The notes below the pieces were generated by a model. The model did no database searches and was not told the origin of the DNA. It was given only the letters and a program-made list of their open reading frames with translations. Position numbers and translations under genes: made by a program. Positions 1-9,685 of a stretch of DNA of 64,000 nucleotides are shown here, in pieces (within the stretch, counting starts at the first letter, position 1; every line of letters begins with the position of its first letter). The stretch is taken from positions 491,912-555,911 of the forward strand of contig CAVPNL010000003.1 in NCBI GenBank assembly GCA_963706575.1. Reading direction: 5' to 3'. Source of the DNA: an uncultured delta proteobacterium (lineage in GTDB: Bacteria; Desulfobacterota; Desulfobacteria; Desulfobacterales; JAHEIW01).

Positions 1-52
1 ATCAGGAAATGCGGTAATGGGTAGTACTCAATAACCTCTTTAAAACACACTG

Positions 53-763
53 TCAAGGTGTGAACATGGCCTGGACTTCTTTGGAATATTCCCCGCTCGC
101 ATCATAGATGATCAACGGAGGGCCGAGCCGGATGCCGGGCCGCGCACCCTTGACCCCGTCGACTAAAATGAGTTTGGCTTCCGTGTCCAGCTGCGAATGA
201 ATCGACCGCATAAATTTGGGTTCAATGCCCTCCAGACGCATTTGGCAAAGCAATTCGACGATACGCTCCGCTGTATAAACGGTAACAAATCGCCCGGCGG
301 TCTGCAGCATTCGCCGGACGGTCTGCAGCACATCGGCTAAACTTACTTTTAATTCATGCCGGGCGATTGCCCGCTGCGCATCCGGATTTAACCTGCCGGA
401 ATTGGGTTTGCGGTAAGGAGGGTTGCAAACGACCAGGTCCACCGGTCCGCCGATCATATCCGGTTTCAAGTCACGCATATCCTGTCGAAGCACCGTAATT
501 CGATTCTGCATGTAGTTCGCAGTTACATTTGAAATTGCCAACTCGGCTAAGTCCTGCTGGATTTCAATGCCGAATACGACGATGTCCGGGTTGCGGTATG
601 TCAAAATTAACGGAATGATGCCGCAGCCGGTCCCTAAATCGAGCACCCTTTCATCCGCTCGCGGCCTGGCATGCCAGGCCAATAAGACCGCGTCGAGAGA
701 AAAGCGGTATCCCGACGCCTCCTGTTTTATATGGAGTTTGCCGTCAAAGAATGCATCGGTCAT
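53..763 (-). CDS. tRNA1(Val) (adenine(37)-N6)-methyltransferase family SAM-dependent methyltransferase
   Basis: GYRFSLDAVLLA N-terminus, motif I VLDLGTGCG and NPPY motif typical of the YfiC/TrmN6 family. Confidence 0.85.
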   Translation of the reverse strand: MTDAFFDGKLHIKQEASGYRFSLDAVLLAWHARPRADERVLDLGTGCGIIPLILTYRNPDIVVFGIEIQQDLAELAISNVTANYMQNRITVLRQDMRDLKPDMIGGPVDLVVCNPPYRKPNSGRLNPDAQRAIARHELKVSLADVLQTVRRMLQTAGRFVTVYTAERIVELLCQMRLEGIEPKFMRSIHSQLDTEAKLILVDGVKGARPGIRLGPPLIIYDASGEYSKEVQAMFTP

Positions 764-1080
764 CTGTTTAAGGGTCCAATCTTAAATTTTAACTCCTCTA
801 TCAGCGGTTTCCCGAGAGCCGCGTTTAATTTGGTGATCATATCATTTTTTAAAAATTGCAGCTGGTGAATCCAGGTCGAACTGCTGACATGCACAACGAG
901 ACGTTTACCCTTAAAAGCGGCCGGGCGGGCATTTTGGGCAATGGTTTCCCCCACAGCCTCATCCCACAGACGCCATACTTCTTTGAGCTCAAAGTCAGGT
1001 TTGGACCGATACGGCGCTAAAACATCATCAAGAATGTTTCGAATATGAATGAAATCTGATCGTTTGTCCGCGTTTTTCAT
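760..1080 (-). CDS. DUF721 / DciA-family protein
   Basis: W..AVG..IAQNARP...KG.RLVVHVSSSTW...LQF pattern typical of DUF721; ATG at 1080 preferred over the TTG at 1128; ATGA overlap with the methyltransferase gene. Confidence 0.8.
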   Translation of the reverse strand: MKNADKRSDFIHIRNILDDVLAPYRSKPDFELKEVWRLWDEAVGETIAQNARPAAFKGKRLVVHVSSSTWIHQLQFLKNDMITKLNAALGKPLIEELKFKIGPLNR

Positions 1081-1190
1081 ATGCCTAAGACTATAGCAGA
1101 ATTTTTCCAATTCTTGAACCGCAAACAAATAGATGCAGTGGATTCAAATGGGTGCAATCGCCCTCCACCAGCACCCTAGCCTGCTTTTAC

Positions 1191-1578
1191 CATGAACCCA
1201 TTTTAAAAATGTCTTTTGGCCCCATATCTTTGTTGGTGCCTCGTTTCAAATCCTCGACATACAACAGTCTGCCTCCGGTTTGCGACCCACAAAGCGTATA
1301 TGATCAGACGGGGAATCCCGCAACGCGGGACGACCCACAACGTGTATATGACCAGACGGGGAATCCCGCAACGCGGGACGACCCACAACGTGTATATGAC
1401 CAGACGGGGAATCCCGCAACGCGGGACGACCCACAACGTGTATATGACCAGACGGGGAATCCCGCAACGCGGGACGACCCACAAGCAGTATAAGATCAGA
1501 CAGGGAATCCAGCAACGCTGGAAAACTCGGCCCCGCCGCGATCTTAAACCAAAATCCTATTTTTAAAATGGGTTCATG
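1191..1578 (-). mobile_element. Non-autonomous hairpin element (MITE/REP-like) with perfect 20-bp terminal inverted repeats, interrupted by a 240-bp tandem array
   Basis: CATGAACCCATTTTAAAAAT (1191-1210) and ATTTTTAAAATGGGTTCATG (1559-1578); minus-strand core AACCGGAGGCAGAC..GTATGTCGAGGATT matches the core of the element at 49033-49178. Confidence 0.8.
1283..1522. repeat. Five head-to-tail 48-bp repeats, each with a TCCCGC-AAC-GCGGGA hairpin
   Basis: Units start at 1283, 1331, 1379, 1427 and 1475; units 2-4 are identical, units 1 and 5 diverged; unit 5 has a compensatory TCCAGC-AAC-GCTGGA stem; no unique spacers. Confidence 0.95.
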
Positions 1579-1775
1579 TTGATGCAGATAGAGCGTTTGC
1601 TTAAACATATGAGGAAGTTGTCTTCATCTTTGTTATTCTGCTAGATTTGCTTTTTGCTTGACTTGGCGGATCGGGTAACTTATTTTACTAAGGAATTCTT
1701 ATGATTTGCCAATAAATTGCCATTTCAATTTAAGGCTCGATGTATTTAACACCTTTAACGTAAAGGACTTCGAAT

Positions 1776-2825
1776 ATGAGTTGGGATTGGGAAAAGCTAA
1801 AACAGCAACAGCATGGCAAAGGCGGGGTTCCGCCGCAAATGGACGAATTTGTCGATAGGCTCAAAAAATTCAAACTCCCGGGCGGCCCTTTGTTTATTGC
1901 CGCAATTTTAGTGGTGGCCCTGGCAGCCACATCCGTATTTACGGTTAAGCAAAATGAAGTCGGCGTGGTTCAATTATTTGGCCGATATGTGCGCACGACC
2001 GAGCCGGGTCTAAATTTCAAGCTGCCCCTGGGCATCGAAAAAGTTACCAAAGTCAACGTCCGTGAAATCCAGACAGCTGAGTTCGGTTTCAGCACCGCCC
2101 AGGTTAACCTCAGATCCCGGGCCAGATCCGGCGGTGACAATCAAAACGAATCCCTCATGCTGACCGGAGACTTAAACGTGGCGATCGTGCCCTGGATTGT
2201 GCAATATCGGGTCAAGAACCCCTTTGATTTCCTGTTTAAAGTTCGAGACGTCCGCCGCCTGCTGCGCGATATGTCCGAAGCCTCGATGCGGCTGGTGGTC
2301 GGTGACCGCAGTATTAATGAAGTCATCAGCAAACGGGATGAAATTGCGGTAGAGGCCAAAGGTCTTTTGCAAAGCGAATTGGACGGGGCTGATACCGGAA
2401 TCCATATTGTTACCATCGAGATGAAAAAGACCAACGTGCCCCCCCCGGTGCAGCCTTCGTTCAATGAGGTGAACCAGGCTGTTCAGGAAAAGGAACAGAT
2501 GATTTATCAGGCCAAAGAGGGCTACAATAAAGCCATCCCGGCCGCCCGCGGTGAAGCCGAGAGAACGATTCGGGCGGCCGAAGGGTATGCCTTAAACCGG
2601 GTGAACCGCGCCAAGGGTAATGCCGCCAGGTTCGTGGCCCTCTACAATGAATATATTAATGCCAAAGATATTACCAAACGGCGACTTTATCTTGAAACCA
2701 TTAAACAAACGTTTCCCAATCTGGGACCCAAATATATCATCGACTCCGACCAGAAAAATCTGTTGCCGTTGCTCAACCTGGGGCAATCGGTTAACCTCGG
2801 ACAACAAAGCAGTGGTGAAAAATGA
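1776..2825 (+). CDS. hflK: FtsH protease activity modulator HflK
   Basis: SPFH domain (MLTGDLN, VQPSFNEVNQA), N-terminal TM helix, paired with hflC. Confidence 0.95.
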   Translation: MSWDWEKLKQQQHGKGGVPPQMDEFVDRLKKFKLPGGPLFIAAILVVALAATSVFTVKQNEVGVVQLFGRYVRTTEPGLNFKLPLGIEKVTKVNVREIQTAEFGFSTAQVNLRSRARSGGDNQNESLMLTGDLNVAIVPWIVQYRVKNPFDFLFKVRDVRRLLRDMSEASMRLVVGDRSINEVISKRDEIAVEAKGLLQSELDGADTGIHIVTIEMKKTNVPPPVQPSFNEVNQAVQEKEQMIYQAKEGYNKAIPAARGEAERTIRAAEGYALNRVNRAKGNAARFVALYNEYINAKDITKRRLYLETIKQTFPNLGPKYIIDSDQKNLLPLLNLGQSVNLGQQSSGEK

Positions 2826-3763
2826 AAAATAAAAGCATCTTTCTGATTCCCCTGGCCATTGTCGCCGTTGTCATTTACGGCGCCGCTTACTCGGTTGACG
2901 AAACCGAACAGGTGGTTATCACCCAGTTTGGCCGCATTGTGGGCGAGCCCAAAAGAGATCCGGGTCTAAAATTTAAAATCCCTTTTATCCAGAAAGCCAA
3001 TTATTTCAATAAAAACTTGCTGGAGTGGGATGGCGACCCCGGACAGGTCCCCACCCTGGACAAGACCTTTATCTGGGTCGATACCTTTGCCAGATGGAAA
3101 ATTGTGGATCCGATTAAATTTTTCCAGACCGTAAACAACCGATTTAATGCGGTGGGTAAACTCAATGACATTATCGACCCGGCGGTTAGAAACTTCATTA
3201 CCTCCCACCACCTGATTGAGGCGGTGCGCAAATCCAACCGTGAAATGGACACCGCGGAGGCCGGTTTAGAAGAATCGAGCCGCAAAACCCGGGTTATCTA
3301 TAACATCGCTATCGGTCGCCAAAAAATTACCCAGGGCATCCTGGAACAGGCCCAACCGAAACTGACCCCTTTTGGCATCGAACTGGTCGATGTAAAAATT
3401 AAGCGTATCAACTACGTGGAAGAGGTCAAAAAGTCCGTGTACGGGCGCATGATTGCCGAGCGAAACCAGATTGCGGAGAAATTTCGTTCCGAGGGCAAGG
3501 GCGAAGCCCAAAAGATTTTAGGTGAAAAGGAAAGGGATTTGCAGGAGATTGAATCCGAAGCCTTTAAGAGAGCTGAGAAAATTAAAGGCAGTGCCGACGC
3601 CGAGGCAACCATCATTTACGCTGAAGCATACGGCAAGGACCCTGAATTTTACTCTTTTGTTCAAACGCTGGAGATTTACCGCGAGGCATTGGATAAAAAT
3701 AGTTCGCTCATTCTTTCAACCGATTCGGAATTCTTAAAATATCTCAAAGGGCCTCCAAAATAA
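2822..3763 (+). CDS. hflC: Protease modulator HflC
   Basis: SPFH domain, RMIAERNQIAEKFRSEG and YGKDPEFYSF motifs; ATGA overlap with hflK. Confidence 0.95.
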   Translation: MKNKSIFLIPLAIVAVVIYGAAYSVDETEQVVITQFGRIVGEPKRDPGLKFKIPFIQKANYFNKNLLEWDGDPGQVPTLDKTFIWVDTFARWKIVDPIKFFQTVNNRFNAVGKLNDIIDPAVRNFITSHHLIEAVRKSNREMDTAEAGLEESSRKTRVIYNIAIGRQKITQGILEQAQPKLTPFGIELVDVKIKRINYVEEVKKSVYGRMIAERNQIAEKFRSEGKGEAQKILGEKERDLQEIESEAFKRAEKIKGSADAEATIIYAEAYGKDPEFYSFVQTLEIYREALDKNSSLILSTDSEFLKYLKGPPK

Positions 3764-3777
3764 GCGAATAATCGCAT

Positions 3778-3812
3778 AAAAAGAGCACCGTTTTTTTAAA
3801 CGGTGCTCTTTT
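3778..3812. terminator. Bidirectional intrinsic terminator between hflC and the bS22-type gene
   Basis: AAAAAGAGCACCGTTT-loop-AAACGGTGCTCTTTT stem flanked by A and T tracts. Confidence 0.8.
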
Positions 3813-3842
3813 AAGCCGTTACAGAAAAAACTTCCGGGATCA

Positions 3843-3941
3843 TTATTTGCCCTTCCTTCTTTGGTGGCGCGTCTTGGCCAAAAGTTTTCTGTGTTTATGT
3901 TTTCTCATTTTCTTTCTGCGCTTTTTTACGACACTACCCAA
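3843..3941 (-). CDS. Small basic ribosomal protein bS22 / AURKAIP1-COX24 (DUF1713) family, 32 aa
   Basis: Manual translation from TTG at 3941: MGSVVKKRRKKMRKHKHRKLLAKTRHQRRKGK*; GGGGGTGA RBS upstream; below the ORF-track size cutoff. Confidence 0.9.
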   Translation of the reverse strand: MGSVVKKRRKKMRKHKHRKLLAKTRHQRRKGK

Positions 3942-4193
3942 TGGCTCACCCCCTTCGAAATGTTTTTTTAAGCGATAAAACAATAAAAGCATTTCATAAC
4001 ATATCCGTATGTTTGATGTCTACATTTATTTTTAGAATTGGAAAACCGGGCCGGCATATGCTATAGTATTAAATCAACAGTGAAGCCTGACGAAAAAGCG
4101 GTATTTTTTTCGTCATATTTTCGCCCATAAAGAAACAAAAAAGATGGCCTTTTCGTTGGCCGTTTTTATATTTAATTCGGAGACAGAGTCGAT

Positions 4194-4697
4194 ATGGACA
4201 GCGGCGTCATCGTAACCAGTATGGGAATCGGGGCGGCTATATTCGCCGGTCTGATTATATTCTGGTTTTTTCATACATTTATCAAACGCAAGCTGGGGGC
4301 TGAGAAATCGGTTCAATTGCCGAACAGCGCTCAAAAATTTAACGGGGAAGAAATGCGCCGGCACCCCAGAATGGAGGTCGCCTGGCCGGCGGCATTGGAA
4401 ATACGTCACGGGTCGATCAAGGTCCGGTTGAAAGATATCAGCCTGGGGGGGGCATTTGTTATCTGCCAGGAGCCGATAGCACTAAATGAAAAATTTCGGC
4501 TCTATGTAGAGGCGCCCGATGAGGAAACGTTTGCACTAAACGCTGAAATGGTTTGGTCAAATATGAATGTGCCGGAAGAAAAAGTCATCCATCGGGGGAT
4601 GGGAATCCGATTCGTCCAAAACACAGATGCAGCACGCAAACGCCTTGAAAAAGCCATTTCCCGCCACTTACGGGAAGCCAAGCTCACCGCTGTTTGA
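4194..4697 (+). CDS. Membrane-anchored PilZ domain protein
   Basis: N-terminal TM helix, then RRHPR and DISLGG (RxxxR / DxSxxG c-di-GMP motifs) and GMGIRF. Confidence 0.85.
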   Translation: MDSGVIVTSMGIGAAIFAGLIIFWFFHTFIKRKLGAEKSVQLPNSAQKFNGEEMRRHPRMEVAWPAALEIRHGSIKVRLKDISLGGAFVICQEPIALNEKFRLYVEAPDEETFALNAEMVWSNMNVPEEKVIHRGMGIRFVQNTDAARKRLEKAISRHLREAKLTAV

Positions 4698-4825
4698 AAC
4701 CCGGATCACCGCGCTAGTCCATAGACCCTATCAATTTTGCCCTCAAGACCGACGATCGATTTCTGACAATCGCAATCAGTTGACCATCTGAACGCAGTTA
4801 AATCCAATATGACTGAATTAAAAAT

Positions 4826-5365
4826 ATGCAGGACCTGAAAACATTCTCAAAAGATGAGATTGTCACCGTCAATAATGCCGTGTCGATGGCTGAAGAACTC
4901 GTCAGCAATCACTACAAAATGTCTGCCAGCGAATGGCTGCGGCCCAAATATGATGTCAAAACCCTGGTCGATCTTGCTCCCGGGGAAATTGTGGCCGGTC
5001 CGTTTGCACAGATTGTTCGTTATGAAGGCCAGCTCAAGAATACGCCCTTGGGCTCCGGCGCTTTCGACTACTATAAAATATGCCTTCAGGACCACGCGAT
5101 TCATTCCACGCTGAAAAAAATGGCGGATATGAAGCTTTTTCCATTTTGTCTCTATATCATTACACACGAATTGATCCACATCGTGCGCTTCAGCAAATTT
5201 CTGCAGCGCTTTGATGCCAGTCCCAGCGAAAAATTGTCTGAAGAAAAACGCGTCCATGAAAGTACCCATCAGATTTTACATCCGGTTCAGGTTTCAGGAA
5301 TGGTGGCGGTGCTTGATTTTTATAACAAATGGCGGCAACCCCTTGAAGGCATGCGCAATAGCTGA
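4826..5365 (+). CDS. Hypothetical protein with HEXXH zinc-metallopeptidase-like motif
   Basis: 179-aa ORF with HELIH and a downstream EE. Confidence 0.65.
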   Translation: MQDLKTFSKDEIVTVNNAVSMAEELVSNHYKMSASEWLRPKYDVKTLVDLAPGEIVAGPFAQIVRYEGQLKNTPLGSGAFDYYKICLQDHAIHSTLKKMADMKLFPFCLYIITHELIHIVRFSKFLQRFDASPSEKLSEEKRVHESTHQILHPVQVSGMVAVLDFYNKWRQPLEGMRNS

Positions 5366-5407
5366 TGGCAAATGCGCGTAATTCACATTGAAAATCGATT
5401 CAGCCTA

Positions 5408-5437
5408 TTGACTTTACGACGAACACGCCTCTATAAT
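5408..5437 (+). promoter_or_regulatory. Sigma70-type promoter for the FmdB-family gene
   Basis: TTGACT-N18-TATAAT. Confidence 0.5.
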
Positions 5438-5449
5438 TAAGGAACTAAT

Positions 5450-5611
5450 AGAAGTGGTTTCAAAACCTCAGATCAGGTTCAAGAGAACACGCGCAAGGCG
5501 TCCCGCGAATCGAAATGCGCGTGTCCGAGCGTACACGAAGTACGTGAGTATTTCAACTCGGGCGGGACAACGCAGCCATTGGGCCTTAGATGGGGTTTTG
5601 AAACCACTTCT
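5450..5611 (+). mobile_element. ~160-bp intergenic hairpin element (MITE/REP-like)
   Basis: Terminal inverted repeat AGAAGTGGTTTCAAAACC / GGTTTTGAAACCACTTCT; same ends as the copies at 9496 and 22950. Confidence 0.85.
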
Positions 5612-5631
5612 GACGATGGAGGTTGCGGGTA

Positions 5632-5928
5632 ATGCCGATATACGAATACGAGTGTACAAAATGCGGTAAGATCGAGGAAATTTTTCAGAAATTTTCGGAT
5701 AAGCCGCTGGTTAAATGCAAGCATTGTTCTGGCAAGCTTCATAAGCTTATTTCTCACAGCAGCTTCCATCTGAAGGGTACCGGTTGGTACGTCACCGATT
5801 ACGCCACTAAGTCAAAGCCCAACAGCGCTGCTCCCAAGAAATCGGATCAATCGAAAACATCCGACAGCCCAAAATCATCCACCAAAGAGAAGGCCACCAA
5901 AACTGCCTCTGACAGCTCCGCTTCATAG
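5632..5928 (+). CDS. FmdB-family zinc-ribbon regulatory protein
   Basis: MPIYEYECTKCG...CKHCSG...FHLKGTGWYVTDY; GGAGG RBS at 5618. Confidence 0.9.
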   Translation: MPIYEYECTKCGKIEEIFQKFSDKPLVKCKHCSGKLHKLISHSSFHLKGTGWYVTDYATKSKPNSAAPKKSDQSKTSDSPKSSTKEKATKTASDSSAS

Positions 5929-6217
5929 TCGACATCGGATCGATCCAGAGCTATTTTTTTCGAAAAATTTTTTAAAAAAACCAAAATAATTAAGCCCCTA
6001 CCTCTTTACAAACAAAAAAGGGTGATTATTATTTCAGCACAATTCAACACAACCTGTTCAAATCCTTTATAAATATGTTTCAATTTTAACTACGAGATTC
6101 GCTGGAAAGGAGGTGAAATTTTAACCCCGGAACAGACTAGGGAGCGTGCATTATTCGTATAACAATTTCAACACTTCGATATATATTTGATACTATTCGA
6201 AAAGGAGAGCAAAAACG

Positions 6218-6505
6218 ATGAAACTCAGACCATTGCAAGATCGAATTTTAGTGCAACGCGTAGCAGAAGAGGAAAAAACCAAAGGGGGTATCATTATACC
6301 GGATACCGCTAAAGAAAAGCCGGCCGAAGGCAAGGTTACTGCTGTGGGAAAGGGCAAGGTTGATGAAAACGGTAAACCCATCCCCATGGAGGTCAAAAAG
6401 GGCGATCGAATTCTATTTGGCAAATACTCCGGCACCGAGATTAAAATCGAAGGTGAAGAATATTTAATTATGCGTGAGGACGACGTACTCGGCATTATTG
6501 GTTAA
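6218..6505 (+). CDS. groES: Co-chaperonin GroES
   Basis: [35 protein letters not shown]. Confidence 0.98.
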   Translation: MKLRPLQDRILVQRVAEEEKTKGGIIIPDTAKEKPAEGKVTAVGKGKVDENGKPIPMEVKKGDRILFGKYSGTEIKIEGEEYLIMREDDVLGIIG

Positions 6506-6537
6506 AAAATAAAATTTCAGCAAATGATGGAGGTTAA

Positions 6538-8196
<1,659 letters not shown>

Positions 8197-8232
8197 GCAC
8201 CTATTCGCCGATTCACCTGCAAAATAATCTGC

Positions 8233-8277
8233 AAAAAGCCCTCATGACATTTTTTTATGCCATGAGGGCTTTTTTTT
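8233..8277 (+). terminator. Intrinsic terminator after groEL
   Basis: AAAAAGCCCTCATG...CATGAGGGC followed by a T tract. Confidence 0.8.
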
Positions 8278-8310
8278 GCCGCCGATCAACAACTGGCAGG
8301 ATTGCAAAAC

Positions 8311-8339
8311 TTGACAAATCAGCCATAAACAGGTAATCT
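8311..8339 (+). promoter_or_regulatory. Sigma70-type promoter for the LysM gene
   Basis: TTGACA-N17-TAATCT. Confidence 0.5.
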
Positions 8340-8386
8340 TATTGTAAATAAATTTCTTTTTGATATTACTGCAAACTTAAAACGAA

Positions 8387-9424
8387 GTGGGGCTTCTGAT
8401 GAATTTTAAAGTAAATTTCCGAAATAAAATGTGGGCGACAATCTTGCTGACAATGCTTCTGGTAATGCCGTTTCCGTCGGCGGCCGCCGAAAACGAAAAA
8501 GTAATCGAGCACGAAACCGGGTTTTACTACACGGTTCAGAAAGGCGACACGCTCTGGGATCTTAGCCGTAAATTTTCTGATTCTGCCTGGTTATGGCCGG
8601 AGATGTGGCAGGAAAACAGTCAGATCGCCAATCCCCATCGTATTTACCCGGGCGAGCGCATCCGCTTGCTCCGTCGAGTCGGCTCTCAAAAAATCAGTGA
8701 AAAGAAAACGGGGGTAGTGCCACCGACTCTGAAAGATCTCATCCACTATGGTTATAGCGCCCTTGACCGTGTCGGTTTTATTCGCAAGCAAGCGGTGGCG
8801 CCACACGGTGCTATTTTTAAGGTGCTGGAATCCAAAGTAATGATCAGCGATGATGACATTGTCTATATCCGCCCGGAAGGTGATTTTAGGCTGGTACCCG
8901 GCAAGCGCTACACCATCTATCGGACGTTAAAGCCGATCAGGGATCGATTCAACAACGAGTATATCGGCATTCAGCACCTGCTGACCGGTGTGGTCGAGAT
9001 TACCCAGGTACAGCCAAACTATGCCATCGGAACGATAATCGCATCCTACCGGCCGATTAATCTTGAAGACAAATTAATGCCCTATTACCGGCGCACACCG
9101 GAAATCATTTTAAAAGACAGCCCCAGGGGCCTGGAGGGCAAAATCATTGAAGCCGAAGACCACAACAGAATCATCGGCGACCAGATGATCGCCTTTATCG
9201 ATAAGGGCAAAAAAGACGGAGTATATCCCGGACAATTTTACAACGTATTCCATCAGGCATCAGAGCACCTTAGTCCCAAAAAGCAAGGCAAAATAATGCT
9301 GGTCCCGTTTGATATTGCCGAACTACTGGTCGTTCACACTGAAAACACAACCGCCACGGTGGTCATAACAAAGGCCGATGTAGAATTTGAAGCGGGCTCA
9401 AAAATCCGCTCACCTGCTCCGTAA
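8387..9424 (+). CDS. LysM peptidoglycan-binding protein, TsaP-like
   Basis: Signal peptide, then YTVQKGDTLWDLS...WPEMWQEN..IANPHRIYPGE LysM motif; architecture like the pilus secretin-associated TsaP. Confidence 0.8.
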   Translation: MGLLMNFKVNFRNKMWATILLTMLLVMPFPSAAAENEKVIEHETGFYYTVQKGDTLWDLSRKFSDSAWLWPEMWQENSQIANPHRIYPGERIRLLRRVGSQKISEKKTGVVPPTLKDLIHYGYSALDRVGFIRKQAVAPHGAIFKVLESKVMISDDDIVYIRPEGDFRLVPGKRYTIYRTLKPIRDRFNNEYIGIQHLLTGVVEITQVQPNYAIGTIIASYRPINLEDKLMPYYRRTPEIILKDSPRGLEGKIIEAEDHNRIIGDQMIAFIDKGKKDGVYPGQFYNVFHQASEHLSPKKQGKIMLVPFDIAELLVVHTENTTATVVITKADVEFEAGSKIRSPAP

Positions 9425-9450
9425 TTCCACGTAAAACATTGACAGCATAT

Positions 9451-9491
9451 AAAAAAAGCGCCTTGCAGCTAAATATGCAAGGCGCTCTTTT
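9451..9491. terminator. Intrinsic terminator after the LysM gene
   Basis: AAAAAAGCGCCTTGCA-loop-TGCAAGGCGCTCTTTT. Confidence 0.75.
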
Positions 9492-9495
9492 ACTC

Positions 9496-9643
9496 TAGAA
9501 GTGGTTTCAAAACCTCAGATCAGGTCCAAGGGCAAGGCGTCAGGCCGATCGGGAAAGCGCAGCATACATTGGGTATGTGAGCATTTACCGGAGGCCTGCA
9601 ACGAAGCCATTGGGCCTTAGATGGGGTTTTGAAACCGCTTCTA
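9496..9643 (+). mobile_element. 148-bp intergenic hairpin element (MITE/REP-like)
   Basis: TAGAAGTGGTTTCAAAACC...GGTTTTGAAACCGCTTCTA; near-identical to the copy at 22950-23094. Confidence 0.85.
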
Positions 9644-9685
9644 AAAAATGAGCCCGGCAGAGGCCCATCCCTTGGCCGGCCGGCG

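Noticed and set aside
1283..1522. CRISPR array or repeat-protein gene
   Set aside because: Units are contiguous with no unique spacers and there are no cas genes; ORFs appear in several frames only because the 48-bp unit is a multiple of 3 with few stop codons.
5454..5669. ORFs starting MVSKPQIRFK (also 22953-23153)
   Set aside because: They are read-through of the repeated hairpin element, not supported genes.
6034..6060. CIRCE element upstream of groES
   Set aside because: Position and spacing are plausible, but TCAGCACAA-N9-ACCTGTTCA matches the consensus too poorly, especially the right arm.
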